64,000 bases of DNA from an uncultured Spirochaetota bacterium (GTDB lineage: Bacteria; Spirochaetota; B62-G9; DRHN01): positions 7,093 to 71,092 of the forward strand of contig CAZGJW010000002.1 in assembly GCA_964525675.1 (NCBI GenBank), read 5' to 3'. The first letter of the stretch is position 1. The number at the start of each line of letters is the position of its first letter. The notes beneath the pieces are model-generated. The model saw nothing but the letters and a program-made list of their open reading frames with translations. It ran no database searches and was not told the origin of the DNA. This document shows, in pieces, positions 55,105 to 64,000 of this stretch. A program made the position numbers and the translations under genes.

Positions 55105-57681
55105 ATGAAACATTTCTTCTTTGCAATCGCACTCACCATTTCTTTGTTTCCCGGAGTCCTTTTCGGTCAGCAGGGCGGACAAGGACAGGAACCTGATTCA
55201 GTACCGCTGGAGGATAATCAATACAACAGGATATATCAACTGCTTAAAGGGTCTGACCTCGACGCCCTGCGAGATGCCTGCAGCGAAAGAGGATTGCCGG
55301 CTGACGGTGATGAGGCGGCGTTGAAGCGGAGACTCATGAATGATGAGATACGCAGGAGCCGAAGCACTTTTGAAACGAGATCAGCTGAGAGCGAGCCTGA
55401 AGCTATAATTCTCAATAATGCCGATTTTATCCGCACCCGGAAAAACGAGGCGGGTGAGGAGATCATTGTTCTGAATGGAAATGTCGATGTCAATTACGGT
55501 GGAAGGCATATACAGGCCGATGAGGTTCGAATCAATGTGGACAGGGAGATTGTGCGAGGAAGTGGTACTGTTCGCTTTGAAGAGGGAAAGAAGGTATACA
55601 CCGGGGACAGTTTTTACTACAATCAGAAAACGGATGAGGGCATTTTTTTCAGGGCAAAAACTTCTATTGAAGACTTCATATATACAGGCAGCATGATCGA
55701 GAGGATACAGGGAACGGATAAGTTTGTTTCAGATGACCTGACTTTGACGACCTGTAATATACGCTACCCTCACTACAGAATTGAAGCAAAACGGCTTTTT
55801 TTTTATGATTCAGAACGGGCGCTCGTAAAAAATGCTTCCCTCTACTTCGGACAGGACAATGTTCTCAACCTGCCCTACATGTACAGGAATTTGAAAGATC
55901 ACGCATTCAAGTCATCCATCCAATTCAGGGATCGGTCGGGGCTTGTGCTCCAGAATACGTACACCCCGCTGAAAACAGATGAAAAAGAAATTGAGCTCAA
56001 GGGTGATTTCTATGAACGGCTCGGTGTATATGCAGGGGCCGATTACATTTCTTCGTACCCTCTGGGCGAAACCGAGCTCCGGTTTTCAGCAGCGCTTTCG
56101 AATGATGTATATTACTACGATGAAGTCAAGGAGCACTGGAGCCCGCTCGGCCCTTCTGATGCCGAAGATTATTCGATCACCCGTTCCGGGCGCTATAATA
56201 TTGGGCTGTATCAGAAGATTGTTATCGAGAAGGCCTATACCAACACAGCAGAGATCAGTTTCTCCCATATGACGGATCCGTACTATGAGTACGATTTCGA
56301 ACGGAGAAGTCAGAGGTTCGACCTTTTCGATGTAATCGGGCAGGCAGAGTCGGATTTTCCGCGAAAGGGGTCGGGGTACACATGGTTTTTCAACGACACC
56401 TTCCAGTACAACAGCCTCACACTTTCTCTTCAGAACAGTATCCGGTTCGAACCGCAGCGCAATACCGATGAGGATATCGTCTCTATGCCCGACTACTACG
56501 AGTACCGGCTGTACACAATCGCCGCTCCGCAGGTTTCAGTATACCATACAGCGGACATATTCACCGGGTCGGATTCGGCCCTGTTTTCAGACCTGACCTA
56601 TACGGGTACAACAAATTATGCGCATGTACTGTACTACGATGAGAATGAAAGAATCGAAAGCGAGGTGAACAAGGCAAATGCTGCCCTGGACCTTACGAGG
56701 GATTACATTGTGGGAAATTATATCAGGATTACCCCTGAAGTCGAAGGGGGAGCGCAGGGACAGGCCCATGTAGACCCCACGTCGAGTGAAACGACGGACG
56801 ACAGGCAGAACACATATGCCTACGGCCGTACTACCGACGAGTTTCAATTCGGGTCCGAGAATTTGTATGCCCTGTTCACCTACGATCTCAAGTACAAGTT
56901 CGCAGGACCTGAAGATCTCTACACCTATCACCGGTTCAGAGTACATCAGATGGATTTTCTCGGGTTTGCTAAAGTTTACGGCTTCACCGAGATGCTCGAA
57001 ACCTCGTATGATCTCAGGCCGGTCTATGACTGGGACAGCGGCAGCTACCGGGCAGTTGAATTTGACATAAGCCGTTTCAACCCTCTGAAGAATACGCTGA
57101 CCTATGCGCCGACCGAGCGTATTCTGATCAGCGATGTATTTTTATACGACATCTCTTCCCTCCGGCCGACAATGAATAAGCTCACTTCAGATCTTTCGAG
57201 CAGGGATATCGATCTTTTTGGGAACACGCTTGTCGTATCATGGGGCCTGGGGTGGAACCACTACTTTCAGAATCCGACACTCGATACCTTCGATTCTCTC
57301 TTTCAGATCGATCTTTCTTTCAGAAGGTACCTGAAGACCTACTTTAAAGTGCTCTCCAGAAATGAGAGTCTCTGGCGGTACTTTCCGGGTACCGCTGCCG
57401 AAAGAGGCGTTGAAGCGGTGAACCCTGTTATTGACCTGCTCAAATCCTTCAATTATTTCAACCGCGATGACAGAATATCTTCTCTTTTCAAGATGAAGCG
57501 GATATCTTTTGGATTTGTCCATGAGCTCCATGACTGGGATCTGAAGTTTGACTACACAGGAAACAGGGAGCTTTCCTATGACGGAAGCCGTTACATCTGG
57601 GATAATACGTATACTGTAAGCATAGGGCTGCGGGAAGTGAAGAGTGTTGACGTTCATACAAAGATAAAGGAACAGCGCTAG
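55105..57681 (+). CDS. LptD/OstA-like outer-membrane protein with an N-terminal SAP-like motif
   Basis: It has a signal peptide and LDALRDACSERGLPADGDEAALKRRL (SAP-like). An OstA-type region follows (VLNGNVDVNYGGRHIQADEVRINVD...GTVRFEEG), then a long Tyr/Phe-rich beta-barrel-like C-terminus. Confidence 0.65.
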   Translation: MKHFFFAIALTISLFPGVLFGQQGGQGQEPDSVPLEDNQYNRIYQLLKGSDLDALRDACSERGLPADGDEAALKRRLMNDEIRRSRSTFETRSAESEPEAIILNNADFIRTRKNEAGEEIIVLNGNVDVNYGGRHIQADEVRINVDREIVRGSGTVRFEEGKKVYTGDSFYYNQKTDEGIFFRAKTSIEDFIYTGSMIERIQGTDKFVSDDLTLTTCNIRYPHYRIEAKRLFFYDSERALVKNASLYFGQDNVLNLPYMYRNLKDHAFKSSIQFRDRSGLVLQNTYTPLKTDEKEIELKGDFYERLGVYAGADYISSYPLGETELRFSAALSNDVYYYDEVKEHWSPLGPSDAEDYSITRSGRYNIGLYQKIVIEKAYTNTAEISFSHMTDPYYEYDFERRSQRFDLFDVIGQAESDFPRKGSGYTWFFNDTFQYNSLTLSLQNSIRFEPQRNTDEDIVSMPDYYEYRLYTIAAPQVSVYHTADIFTGSDSALFSDLTYTGTTNYAHVLYYDENERIESEVNKANAALDLTRDYIVGNYIRITPEVEGGAQGQAHVDPTSSETTDDRQNTYAYGRTTDEFQFGSENLYALFTYDLKYKFAGPEDLYTYHRFRVHQMDFLGFAKVYGFTEMLETSYDLRPVYDWDSGSYRAVEFDISRFNPLKNTLTYAPTERILISDVFLYDISSLRPTMNKLTSDLSSRDIDLFGNTLVVSWGLGWNHYFQNPTLDTFDSLFQIDLSFRRYLKTYFKVLSRNESLWRYFPGTAAERGVEAVNPVIDLLKSFNYFNRDDRISSLFKMKRISFGFVHELHDWDLKFDYTGNRELSYDGSRYIWDNTYTVSIGLREVKSVDVHTKIKEQR

Positions 57682-57789
57682 GTATAAGGGCTCGCGAATC
57701 AGCGGGTGGGCCGAATGCGATCCGACGGGGTTCATTCAGCTGACTGCAGGTTGGATGAATGCATTCAGTGCATACCAGCGCAGGTACGC

Positions 57790-58773
57790 ATGCACGCATC
57801 GGTAATTATTCCAACGCATAACAGAGAAGAAATCCTCGTTCGGGTTCTGAGTTACTATGCATGTCAGGCGAAACCTGACGGGGATTTCGAGATACTGGTG
57901 GTTGATGACGGTTCGACGGACGGTACAGAATCGCTTTTCAATGATTTGAAGGATGTGCAGATAGACAAAAATTCCAATATTTTATTCGAATACACCGACA
58001 GAATCCGGGCAGTAAAGAAGGGGTGGTACCTCCCGGATACGGATGAAAGCCTCTTTATCGGCAAGAACAGCCTTTTTGTATGGTATATACGGATTAAAAA
58101 ATCGGGACGATCGGCGGCGCGCAATGTGGGAATCGGTTTTTCATCCTACCCGCTCATAATTTTTGTGGATGATGATATATTTGTCGAGCCGGAATTTATT
58201 AAAAAACATAGTGCCGCACATGGGAAAGATGATGGGCTTGTTGTCATGGGTAAGGTCATACATACGCAGGAGCTTGACAACCCATTCTCCGCCGCCTGGA
58301 AACTCAAGGATATAAATACGGCCTTTCTCTCTACGGGAAACGCATCGGTATTGAAAAAATACATTATACAGGCCGGCCTTTTCGACGAGCGATACACGGT
58401 ATACGGCTGGGAGGATTTTGATCTCGGCATTCATCTGCAGGAAATCGGGGTGCGTTCGATAAAGAGGAAAATTTACGGGTACCACTACGATCCGCCAGGA
58501 ACATTCATCTCACCACGCGATGTGTACGAAAAGGAGAAGGAACGGGGTATAAGTGCGGTATATTTTTACACCGGGCATCCGCTGAAATGGGTAGCGAGAT
58601 TTACGCTTATTCACAGCAGATTCTTTCGGGCGTTCTTTAGGGTGCTTGGATATGATAACTGGTTCCTTTCAAAGAAGAGAATCTCATTTTTCAAGGGTTT
58701 GATACTGCTTATCATTCGGTACAAGGGTTATTTCGACGGAATAGACGAGGGAAAGAAGAATAGTAATGGCTGA
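57790..58773 (+). CDS. glycosyltransferase family 2
   Basis: It has SVIIPTHNREE, VVDDGSTDGT and a DDD motif. ATG 57790 is preferred. Confidence 0.8.
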   Translation: MHASVIIPTHNREEILVRVLSYYACQAKPDGDFEILVVDDGSTDGTESLFNDLKDVQIDKNSNILFEYTDRIRAVKKGWYLPDTDESLFIGKNSLFVWYIRIKKSGRSAARNVGIGFSSYPLIIFVDDDIFVEPEFIKKHSAAHGKDDGLVVMGKVIHTQELDNPFSAAWKLKDINTAFLSTGNASVLKKYIIQAGLFDERYTVYGWEDFDLGIHLQEIGVRSIKRKIYGYHYDPPGTFISPRDVYEKEKERGISAVYFYTGHPLKWVARFTLIHSRFFRAFFRVLGYDNWFLSKKRISFFKGLILLIIRYKGYFDGIDEGKKNSNG

Positions 58774-60019
58774 AAAAGAGGACCTCATTATCTTTTCAAA
58801 CGGCCCGGGCGAGGTGTCGACCTGGGTGCTGCCGATAGTCGAGTCAATCCGCAAAAGAAGCGAACTTGCCGGACGGTACAATATAACCCTCATCATGCAT
58901 CCCTGCCAGTTCGGCTCAGGCACCGAGCATAAAGTCGCCGGGGATTTCGAGGGTGTGGACAAAACCGTGACCCCCGGCCAGTACATAAAGATGCTCTTTT
59001 TCGGCGCAGGGACCTACAGCTTCAGCAGGAAAGGCGTTGTTTTCTCGCTCGGCGGCGACCTGCTGCATCCCGTCCTGTTCCACAGGAGAATACGGGGAAA
59101 GTATACGCTGTATGCGTATAGCCAAAACACCGGGTATGAAAAGCACTACGAAAGGATTTTTGTGAGAAACGGCTACGTCAGAGACAAGTACCTCAAACGC
59201 GGTGTTCCGCCCGACAGGGTAGTCATTGCCGGGGATCTCGTGTACAGCTCGCTCTCCTATCTTCTGGACAGGGATGCGGCGCGGAAGGAGGCCGGAGTTA
59301 CAAACGGGGAGAATATGGTGGTGTTCATGCCGGGCAGCAGGGACTTTGAGGTAAAATATATGCTGCCTGTTTTCCTCAAGGTTATGGACGGTCTTACCGA
59401 ACGGATACCGAATGTCAGGGTATTTATTCTGAAATCTCCCTATATCTCGTATAAGCTTATCGAGCGAAGCCTTGAAATGGGAGGCAGGATCAGGGAGGCG
59501 GAGAGCCTGCCCGGTGCATTGAAGAGAGGCGATGGGTGGGAAATCGAATACGCCGGGAGTAAGAAGGTGAGCATACTCGAAGGCGGGCTTGAGCGCTGGG
59601 GAAAGGGGGTGGATTTTGCGGTAACTCTGCCCGGCACGAATACTATACAGCTTGCCTACCGGAAAATCCCCGAGCTCGTGGTTGCCGCCTTGAACAAGCC
59701 GGATGTCATTCCCGTTGAAGGGGTGTTCGGACTTTTGAAATGGGTACCCGTTATCGGAAAACCTGTTTTGAAAAGGGCGGTTTTGCGTTACGCGCAGGAG
59801 TTTCCGTTTGCAGCGCTTCCAAATATCTATGCGGGAGAGGAGGTCGTGCCGGAGCTTTTCGGTATGCTCCAGACCGCCGACATCACATCCAGGCTCGTTG
59901 ACATATTCGAAAAGGGTGAGGAAAAAGACATTGCAAAGAGGCTTTCGAAGTTTACACCGAGCCAGGACCCGGCCCGGCTGATCGTAAACGCTGTGTGGGG
60001 CAATGAGCAGCCCGGCTGA
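58766..60019 (+). CDS. lipid-A-disaccharide synthase-related (LpxB/GT19-like) protein
   Basis: The 417-aa ORF overlaps the GT2 stop (ATGGCTGA). The N-terminal IIFSNGPGEV and later PGSR... resemble LpxB-related proteins. Family call is by eye. Confidence 0.5.
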   Translation: MAEKEDLIIFSNGPGEVSTWVLPIVESIRKRSELAGRYNITLIMHPCQFGSGTEHKVAGDFEGVDKTVTPGQYIKMLFFGAGTYSFSRKGVVFSLGGDLLHPVLFHRRIRGKYTLYAYSQNTGYEKHYERIFVRNGYVRDKYLKRGVPPDRVVIAGDLVYSSLSYLLDRDAARKEAGVTNGENMVVFMPGSRDFEVKYMLPVFLKVMDGLTERIPNVRVFILKSPYISYKLIERSLEMGGRIREAESLPGALKRGDGWEIEYAGSKKVSILEGGLERWGKGVDFAVTLPGTNTIQLAYRKIPELVVAALNKPDVIPVEGVFGLLKWVPVIGKPVLKRAVLRYAQEFPFAALPNIYAGEEVVPELFGMLQTADITSRLVDIFEKGEEKDIAKRLSKFTPSQDPARLIVNAVWGNEQPG

Positions 60020-60140
60020 TCGAGAATATGTCTTTAAGATGACCATCCGGATGATTGTGAATGTGCTTTTCGCGACCAGCAGCTCTGGTTTAATCGCACA
60101 AGTGTGTTTCATTAATACTTTTCGCCGGCGCCAATACGGT

Positions 60141-60300
60141 TTATGATTTTATCCATTAAAATTACGGTTTTTTGTACCAGAATTTCATGCAAAGCTGACT
60201 ATCTATACTGTTACAATTACTTGTAATTACATTCTAGAGGTAAAAACCATTAGGCAAGTGCCGGTTTTAATTGTTAAAGTTTGGAAGTTCACTTGCCTAT
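60141..60300 (-). mobile_element. R1 repeat copy E (160 nt, subfamily 2)
   Basis: The reverse complement differs from copy B at only 2 of the last 120 nt but at 10 of 30 positions in the 5' hairpin loop. Confidence 0.85.
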
Positions 60301-60390
60301 TATTAATCTCAAGTACGCATTAATTGTAAAGTTTCATCTTCTCTTTTTTCATATCGATTCAAAGTAAATTTATTGAGGAGGAATCATACA

Positions 60391-61473
60391 ATGCAGTATA
60401 AAAAACTCGGAAACAGCGGATTGATTGTCAGTGTGCTCTCATTGGGTACAATGCAGTTCGGGAAAAAGATGAATATGGGCGGACTGGACCAGAAGGCGAC
60501 GAACGAAATGGTGTGTTTTGCCCTGGACCATGGGATAAATTTTGTTGATACTGCCGATGTATACAGTCTGGGAGAGAGCGAAACTCTCGTCGGCAACGCA
60601 CTGAAGGGTGTACGGGAGGAAATCGTGCTTGCAACGAAGGTGCGTCTGCCCATGAGTGATAATTTCAACAGAAGCGGGGCAACGCGGGTGAACATAATGC
60701 GCGGCATCGAAAGCAGCTTGAAGCGCCTGCAGACGGATTACGTTGATTTATACCAGGTGCACGGCTGGGACAGCAATACTCCTTTAGAGGAAACCGTCCG
60801 CACTCTCGACGACCTCGTTCGTCAGGGCAAGGTTCGCTATATAGGTCTCAGTAATTACCTCGCCTGGCAGGCGGCTACGGCATTAGGTATTCAGGAGCGG
60901 ATGCAGCTCGAAAAGTTCGCGACCGCTCAGCTACACTACAGCCTCGTGGATAGAGGTCTCGAGCACGAATGGATATCTTTTGCCCGGTACCACAATATCG
61001 GAATACTTGTATGGAGCCCGCTGGCGGGCGGTTTTTTAAGCGGCAAATACGATAAAAACTCACCTGCGCCTTCAGGAACCAGATTCGCGGAAGCCGGGAG
61101 GTTCGTACCCTTTGACACCGAACGAGGGTACAGAATCGTGGGTGTTCTTCGTGCGGTAGCGGACAGGCATGGTGTTTCACCGGCCCAGGTGGCGTTGAAG
61201 TGGCTCCTCACACAGCCCGCGGTATGCTCGGTGATCACTGCTGCACGGAAGATCACCCATCTCGAAGACAATATAAAATCCCTCGATCTCGTGTTGTCGG
61301 AAGAAGACCGCGCGAAACTTGACGATGTGTCGCATCCGGGCACTCAGTACCCGAAATGGATGGTCCTCCAGCTAGATCAGGCCGAAGACCCGCGTCCGAA
61401 GATACTCGAACCGGAACGGTATGCAGACGGCGGACCCTGGAAAGACCTGCGGGGAAGCAAATGGCAGGAGTAG
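60391..61473 (+). CDS. aldo/keto reductase
   Basis: MQYKKLGNSGLIVSVLSLGT...INFVDTADVYS is present. It has a GAGGAGG SD. Confidence 0.85.
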   Translation: MQYKKLGNSGLIVSVLSLGTMQFGKKMNMGGLDQKATNEMVCFALDHGINFVDTADVYSLGESETLVGNALKGVREEIVLATKVRLPMSDNFNRSGATRVNIMRGIESSLKRLQTDYVDLYQVHGWDSNTPLEETVRTLDDLVRQGKVRYIGLSNYLAWQAATALGIQERMQLEKFATAQLHYSLVDRGLEHEWISFARYHNIGILVWSPLAGGFLSGKYDKNSPAPSGTRFAEAGRFVPFDTERGYRIVGVLRAVADRHGVSPAQVALKWLLTQPAVCSVITAARKITHLEDNIKSLDLVLSEEDRAKLDDVSHPGTQYPKWMVLQLDQAEDPRPKILEPERYADGGPWKDLRGSKWQE

Positions 61474-61499
61474 GGTACCGATGGTTGGCTGCATTCATA

Positions 61500-62882
61500 C
61501 TACAGCTCGTCAACCTCCAGCCCGAGCACGCGAGCCATCAGCCGTATCTCGGTGCTCCTGTGGCCTGTTATGATGAGGTTGTGATGTGAGTAGAACTTGT
61601 CCATCAGGCTGTACCCGTTTTTTACCCGTATCAGCGCTCCGTTTCTGCAGTCGGTGCCGGGGTACTGGACATAACCGGTCAAATTCCCCTGGATAACCTG
61701 CAGCTTTGTAAGCGTGGGATCGAGCTTTGCAAGGGTAACCGGACCAACCGGCATGCGGCCGTCGATGGCCGTTGCATTGTCGTCGACGATGGAAAGAACC
61801 CTGGGGCGCAGTGTCCATTCAGTGCAGAACGGCCGGGGTACGACCCCGAAATACCCGCAGTGTACTACCAGGAGATGGTTTTCCGGCTCGTCCACGTCGG
61901 GGAATTTGTCGATTTTTTCATGCTTCAGGGCTGACAGACCCATGAGAAAGGGATAGATATTGCTCATCATTATCGGCGCGTCGAGCGATTTGTGGATGAT
62001 GAACTTGGTTAAAAGAGACATGACGTCAGCCTCGCACGCCCATAGTATGCCCAGTTCTTCATAGAGCATATCCCAGGCGAGGCAGGGTGTCGTGTCAGAG
62101 TAGAATGATTCGTTGAGACAGTTTATGCCGACTCCCTTTATGCTGCCATCTTTCGCGATTGCACGTTTTACCGCAATGTATACCTTGACCGCGCTGTTGA
62201 GCATGCGCTTCGACACGCCCTCGGTTTTAAGCTCTGTGTTGGCGGCAGACTTCGGGCCCGAAGAGGACATTGTGCCGGAACCCGATCCAACCAGCCTGTT
62301 CCAGTTTTCCCACGCCTCTTCAGCTTCGCTGTCGCTGATTTTCTGCGCCTCCCCGCCCATTTTCTTGAAGCTCTTTTTAACGATACGTATACCGAATTTC
62401 TGCTGTATGAGGTCTGTGCATTGTTTTTCCCACCAGAAGAAACGTTTGAAGATGTCACTCTGCATCCCTTCGCCCGGGTTGTCCTGAAACACGAGGAATT
62501 TCGTGTTCTTCATAGCCCGTTTCAGGGCGAGGCTTTTACAGATCTTTCTTGTGAGGTCAAGGTTGTAGGGTGAAAATACATTCAAACCCTCTGTTTTTAA
62601 AAAGTTCACTATCTCCCAGTCCCACATTTTGACCGTGCCGAATTCCGATGTGGCAACAACCAAAGGCAGCCTTGTTTTTTTAAGGGCATCGACCTGCCTG
62701 TATGCCTCTCCGACGAGCTGCGGAAAAATAACCGCATCCGCCTCGGGAAGCGGAGAACCCACCTCAACAGGTTTCAGCACCTCCGCCTCCTCTGAAAGGA
62801 GTTTTGACAGGGCCTTCAGCTGCGTCTCGAATTCATCCTTGTCGGCTGTTTTGAAAAATAGTGGTACAAGTCGTGCCTTCAT
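61500..62882 (-). CDS. sugar-isomerase-like protein (L-fucose/L-arabinose isomerase family?)
   Basis: It is a 460-aa ORF with coding-like composition, located between sugar genes. The family assignment is a weak impression only. Confidence 0.3.
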   Translation of the reverse strand: MKARLVPLFFKTADKDEFETQLKALSKLLSEEAEVLKPVEVGSPLPEADAVIFPQLVGEAYRQVDALKKTRLPLVVATSEFGTVKMWDWEIVNFLKTEGLNVFSPYNLDLTRKICKSLALKRAMKNTKFLVFQDNPGEGMQSDIFKRFFWWEKQCTDLIQQKFGIRIVKKSFKKMGGEAQKISDSEAEEAWENWNRLVGSGSGTMSSSGPKSAANTELKTEGVSKRMLNSAVKVYIAVKRAIAKDGSIKGVGINCLNESFYSDTTPCLAWDMLYEELGILWACEADVMSLLTKFIIHKSLDAPIMMSNIYPFLMGLSALKHEKIDKFPDVDEPENHLLVVHCGYFGVVPRPFCTEWTLRPRVLSIVDDNATAIDGRMPVGPVTLAKLDPTLTKLQVIQGNLTGYVQYPGTDCRNGALIRVKNGYSLMDKFYSHHNLIITGHRSTEIRLMARVLGLEVDEL

Positions 62883-63069
62883 TGTACCCTCCTCATTCAG
62901 GTTCTGTTATTCGGACGCTTCAAATCCGAATGATGCCGCCGGTGAGCGGCATTAGCCATACTATATAAAAACGAAAAAATTGGAATTCTTTAATCTTTAT
63001 CTTGACAAAATACTGTGTCCACTGGATAATAGAAAGGTAAAATTCTTTTTTTAATGAGGGAGGTAGGTT

Positions 63070-64000
63070 ATGAAAAAATCAAAACTGTTTTTATTTGCCG
63101 TTGTGTTGCTGACGCTTGTTTCGTTTACGGTCTTGATTCCTGCAACGCTTCTGGCAAAGGATGACAAACCGGGTGCGGGAATGTACTTTCGCCTTGTTAC
63201 CCACGGTGGTAATGATCCATTCTGGGCTGTATTCCAGCAGGGTATGAGAGACGCGGCAGATGAGCTCGGGTGCAGGGCGGATATCGATCTCTGCGGGAGT
63301 GACCAGAACCTCATGCAGAAGCGTTTTCAGGAAGCTGTTGCAATGAGGCCTGACGGAATTGCACTGGTCATCAATGACAACACCATGTGGGATAAGCCGG
63401 TTGCGGATGCAATTGCAAAGGGGATTCCGGTTATCGGTACGAATAACGATGATCAGAAGGGCTCCGCCGGAAACGCGCGCCTGTGCTATATCGGGCAGAA
63501 CGAGCGGCGTGCCGGTTTGATGATCGGTAGGGCCGTTTTTGCTGCGGCGAAGGCGGGGGGCAAGAACATGCGGACCCTCAAGGTTGCTGCTGCAGTCGAG
63601 GTCCCCGGCGCAAACTACGGTGTTGTAAGAAGCCAGGGCATCAAGGATGCCATGGAGGAGTACGGCATACAGGGTGACATCGATATCATCGATGCGACGC
63701 TTGAAATGACTACGGCTGAATCGAGAATCACCTCCTACCTGATCGGGCATCCGGATACCGGTGCCATATTCGGGCTCGGCGGAATCTGCACCGACAGGAT
63801 TACATCGGGACTGAAGAATGCAAAGAAGAGTCCCGGGCAGATTCCTGGAGGCGGTTTCGATGCAACTCCCGGCACCCTTACCGGCCTGAAAACCGGGTAC
63901 ATGGTTGCATCGATCGATCAGCAGCAGTATTTGCAGGGGTATTTTTCGGTGTACGTGCTGTACCTGTATAAAAAGTACGGATTCCTTCCGCAGATCGATA
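63070..64000 (+). CDS. sugar ABC transporter substrate-binding protein (PBP1 type), 3' end outside the window
   Basis: GAGGGAGG precedes the ATG. It has the signal peptide MKKSKLFLFAVVLLTLVSF and ...THGGNDPFWAVFQQG...GIPVIGTNND.... The frame is open to the window end. Confidence 0.8.
   Translation, partial: MKKSKLFLFAVVLLTLVSFTVLIPATLLAKDDKPGAGMYFRLVTHGGNDPFWAVFQQGMRDAADELGCRADIDLCGSDQNLMQKRFQEAVAMRPDGIALVINDNTMWDKPVADAIAKGIPVIGTNNDDQKGSAGNARLCYIGQNERRAGLMIGRAVFAAAKAGGKNMRTLKVAAAVEVPGANYGVVRSQGIKDAMEEYGIQGDIDIIDATLEMTTAESRITSYLIGHPDTGAIFGLGGICTDRITSGLKNAKKSPGQIPGGGFDATPGTLTGLKTGYMVASIDQQQYLQGYFSVYVLYLYKKYGFLPQID

Noticed and set aside
58916-60112. A 398-aa ORF on the minus strand. Similar long antisense ORFs occur at 3672-4454(-), 5990-6586(-), 10435-11412(-), 28732-29610(+), 44952-45659(-), 50565-51386(+) and 63091-63750(-).
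   Set aside because: Each lies fully antisense to an ORF with clear family motifs, an SD sequence or operon coupling. Their translations are low-complexity, rich in Arg, Ser and Pro, and contain no motif I recognise. They are typical shadow ORFs.
60301-60335. The R1 loop was considered as a guide complementary or identical to adjacent target DNA. E shows a 15/16 match with one indel, and B shows three short matches in the upstream coding sequence.
   Set aside because: The offsets from the element end differ (about 20 nt in E, 30-60 nt in B, 3 nt for a 6-mer in D). In C and E the matching flank is itself shared between copies (GAAACTTTAC...), so it looks like an extra partial H1-like segment belonging to a larger element. 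The idea is kept only as a testable note in the findings.

Overview
The window is a 64-kb chromosomal segment from a diderm-type bacterium, as shown by LptD-like, LpxB-like and beta-barrel OMP genes. The lineage cannot be determined from sequence alone. Most of the window is ordinary. It carries three sugar ABC uptake loci with attached SDR, aldo/keto reductase, Zn-ADH and FGGY-kinase genes. It also holds a CusRS-like two-component pair, pntAA-AB-B transhydrogenase, and housekeeping genes (EF-G paralog, cspA, trpS, rpsU, murD, rdgB). Further genes include a transcarboxylase-like 12S/5S-biotin cluster, a beta-CASP MBL hydrolase, an RCK K+ channel and envelope genes. No tRNA, rRNA, CRISPR array, transposase or recognisable defence operon was seen. 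Annotation does not explain the non-coding layer. (1) A ~160-nt hairpin-rich repeat I call R1 occurs in 5 full copies and 1 truncated copy. One copy sits inside an SDR gene as an exact 156-bp in-frame insertion. The 5' hairpin shows a compensatory base-pair change between subfamilies. Two copies that are ~98% identical elsewhere differ sharply in a 30-nt loop. (2) A second repeat family (R2) lies after trpS and after the 5S-biotin gene and contains 16-bp tandem units. (3) A decay/rearrangement zone spans 9.5-11.9 kb. It holds a DHOD-like gene fragment forming a 297-bp direct repeat with the intact gene 5.7 kb upstream, a nonsense-mutated BMP-lipoprotein stub, three tandem palindromic 18-mers, and an orphan SPPY methyltransferase fused to an SNase-like domain. 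All family calls are by eye from motifs. No database search or folding program was run.
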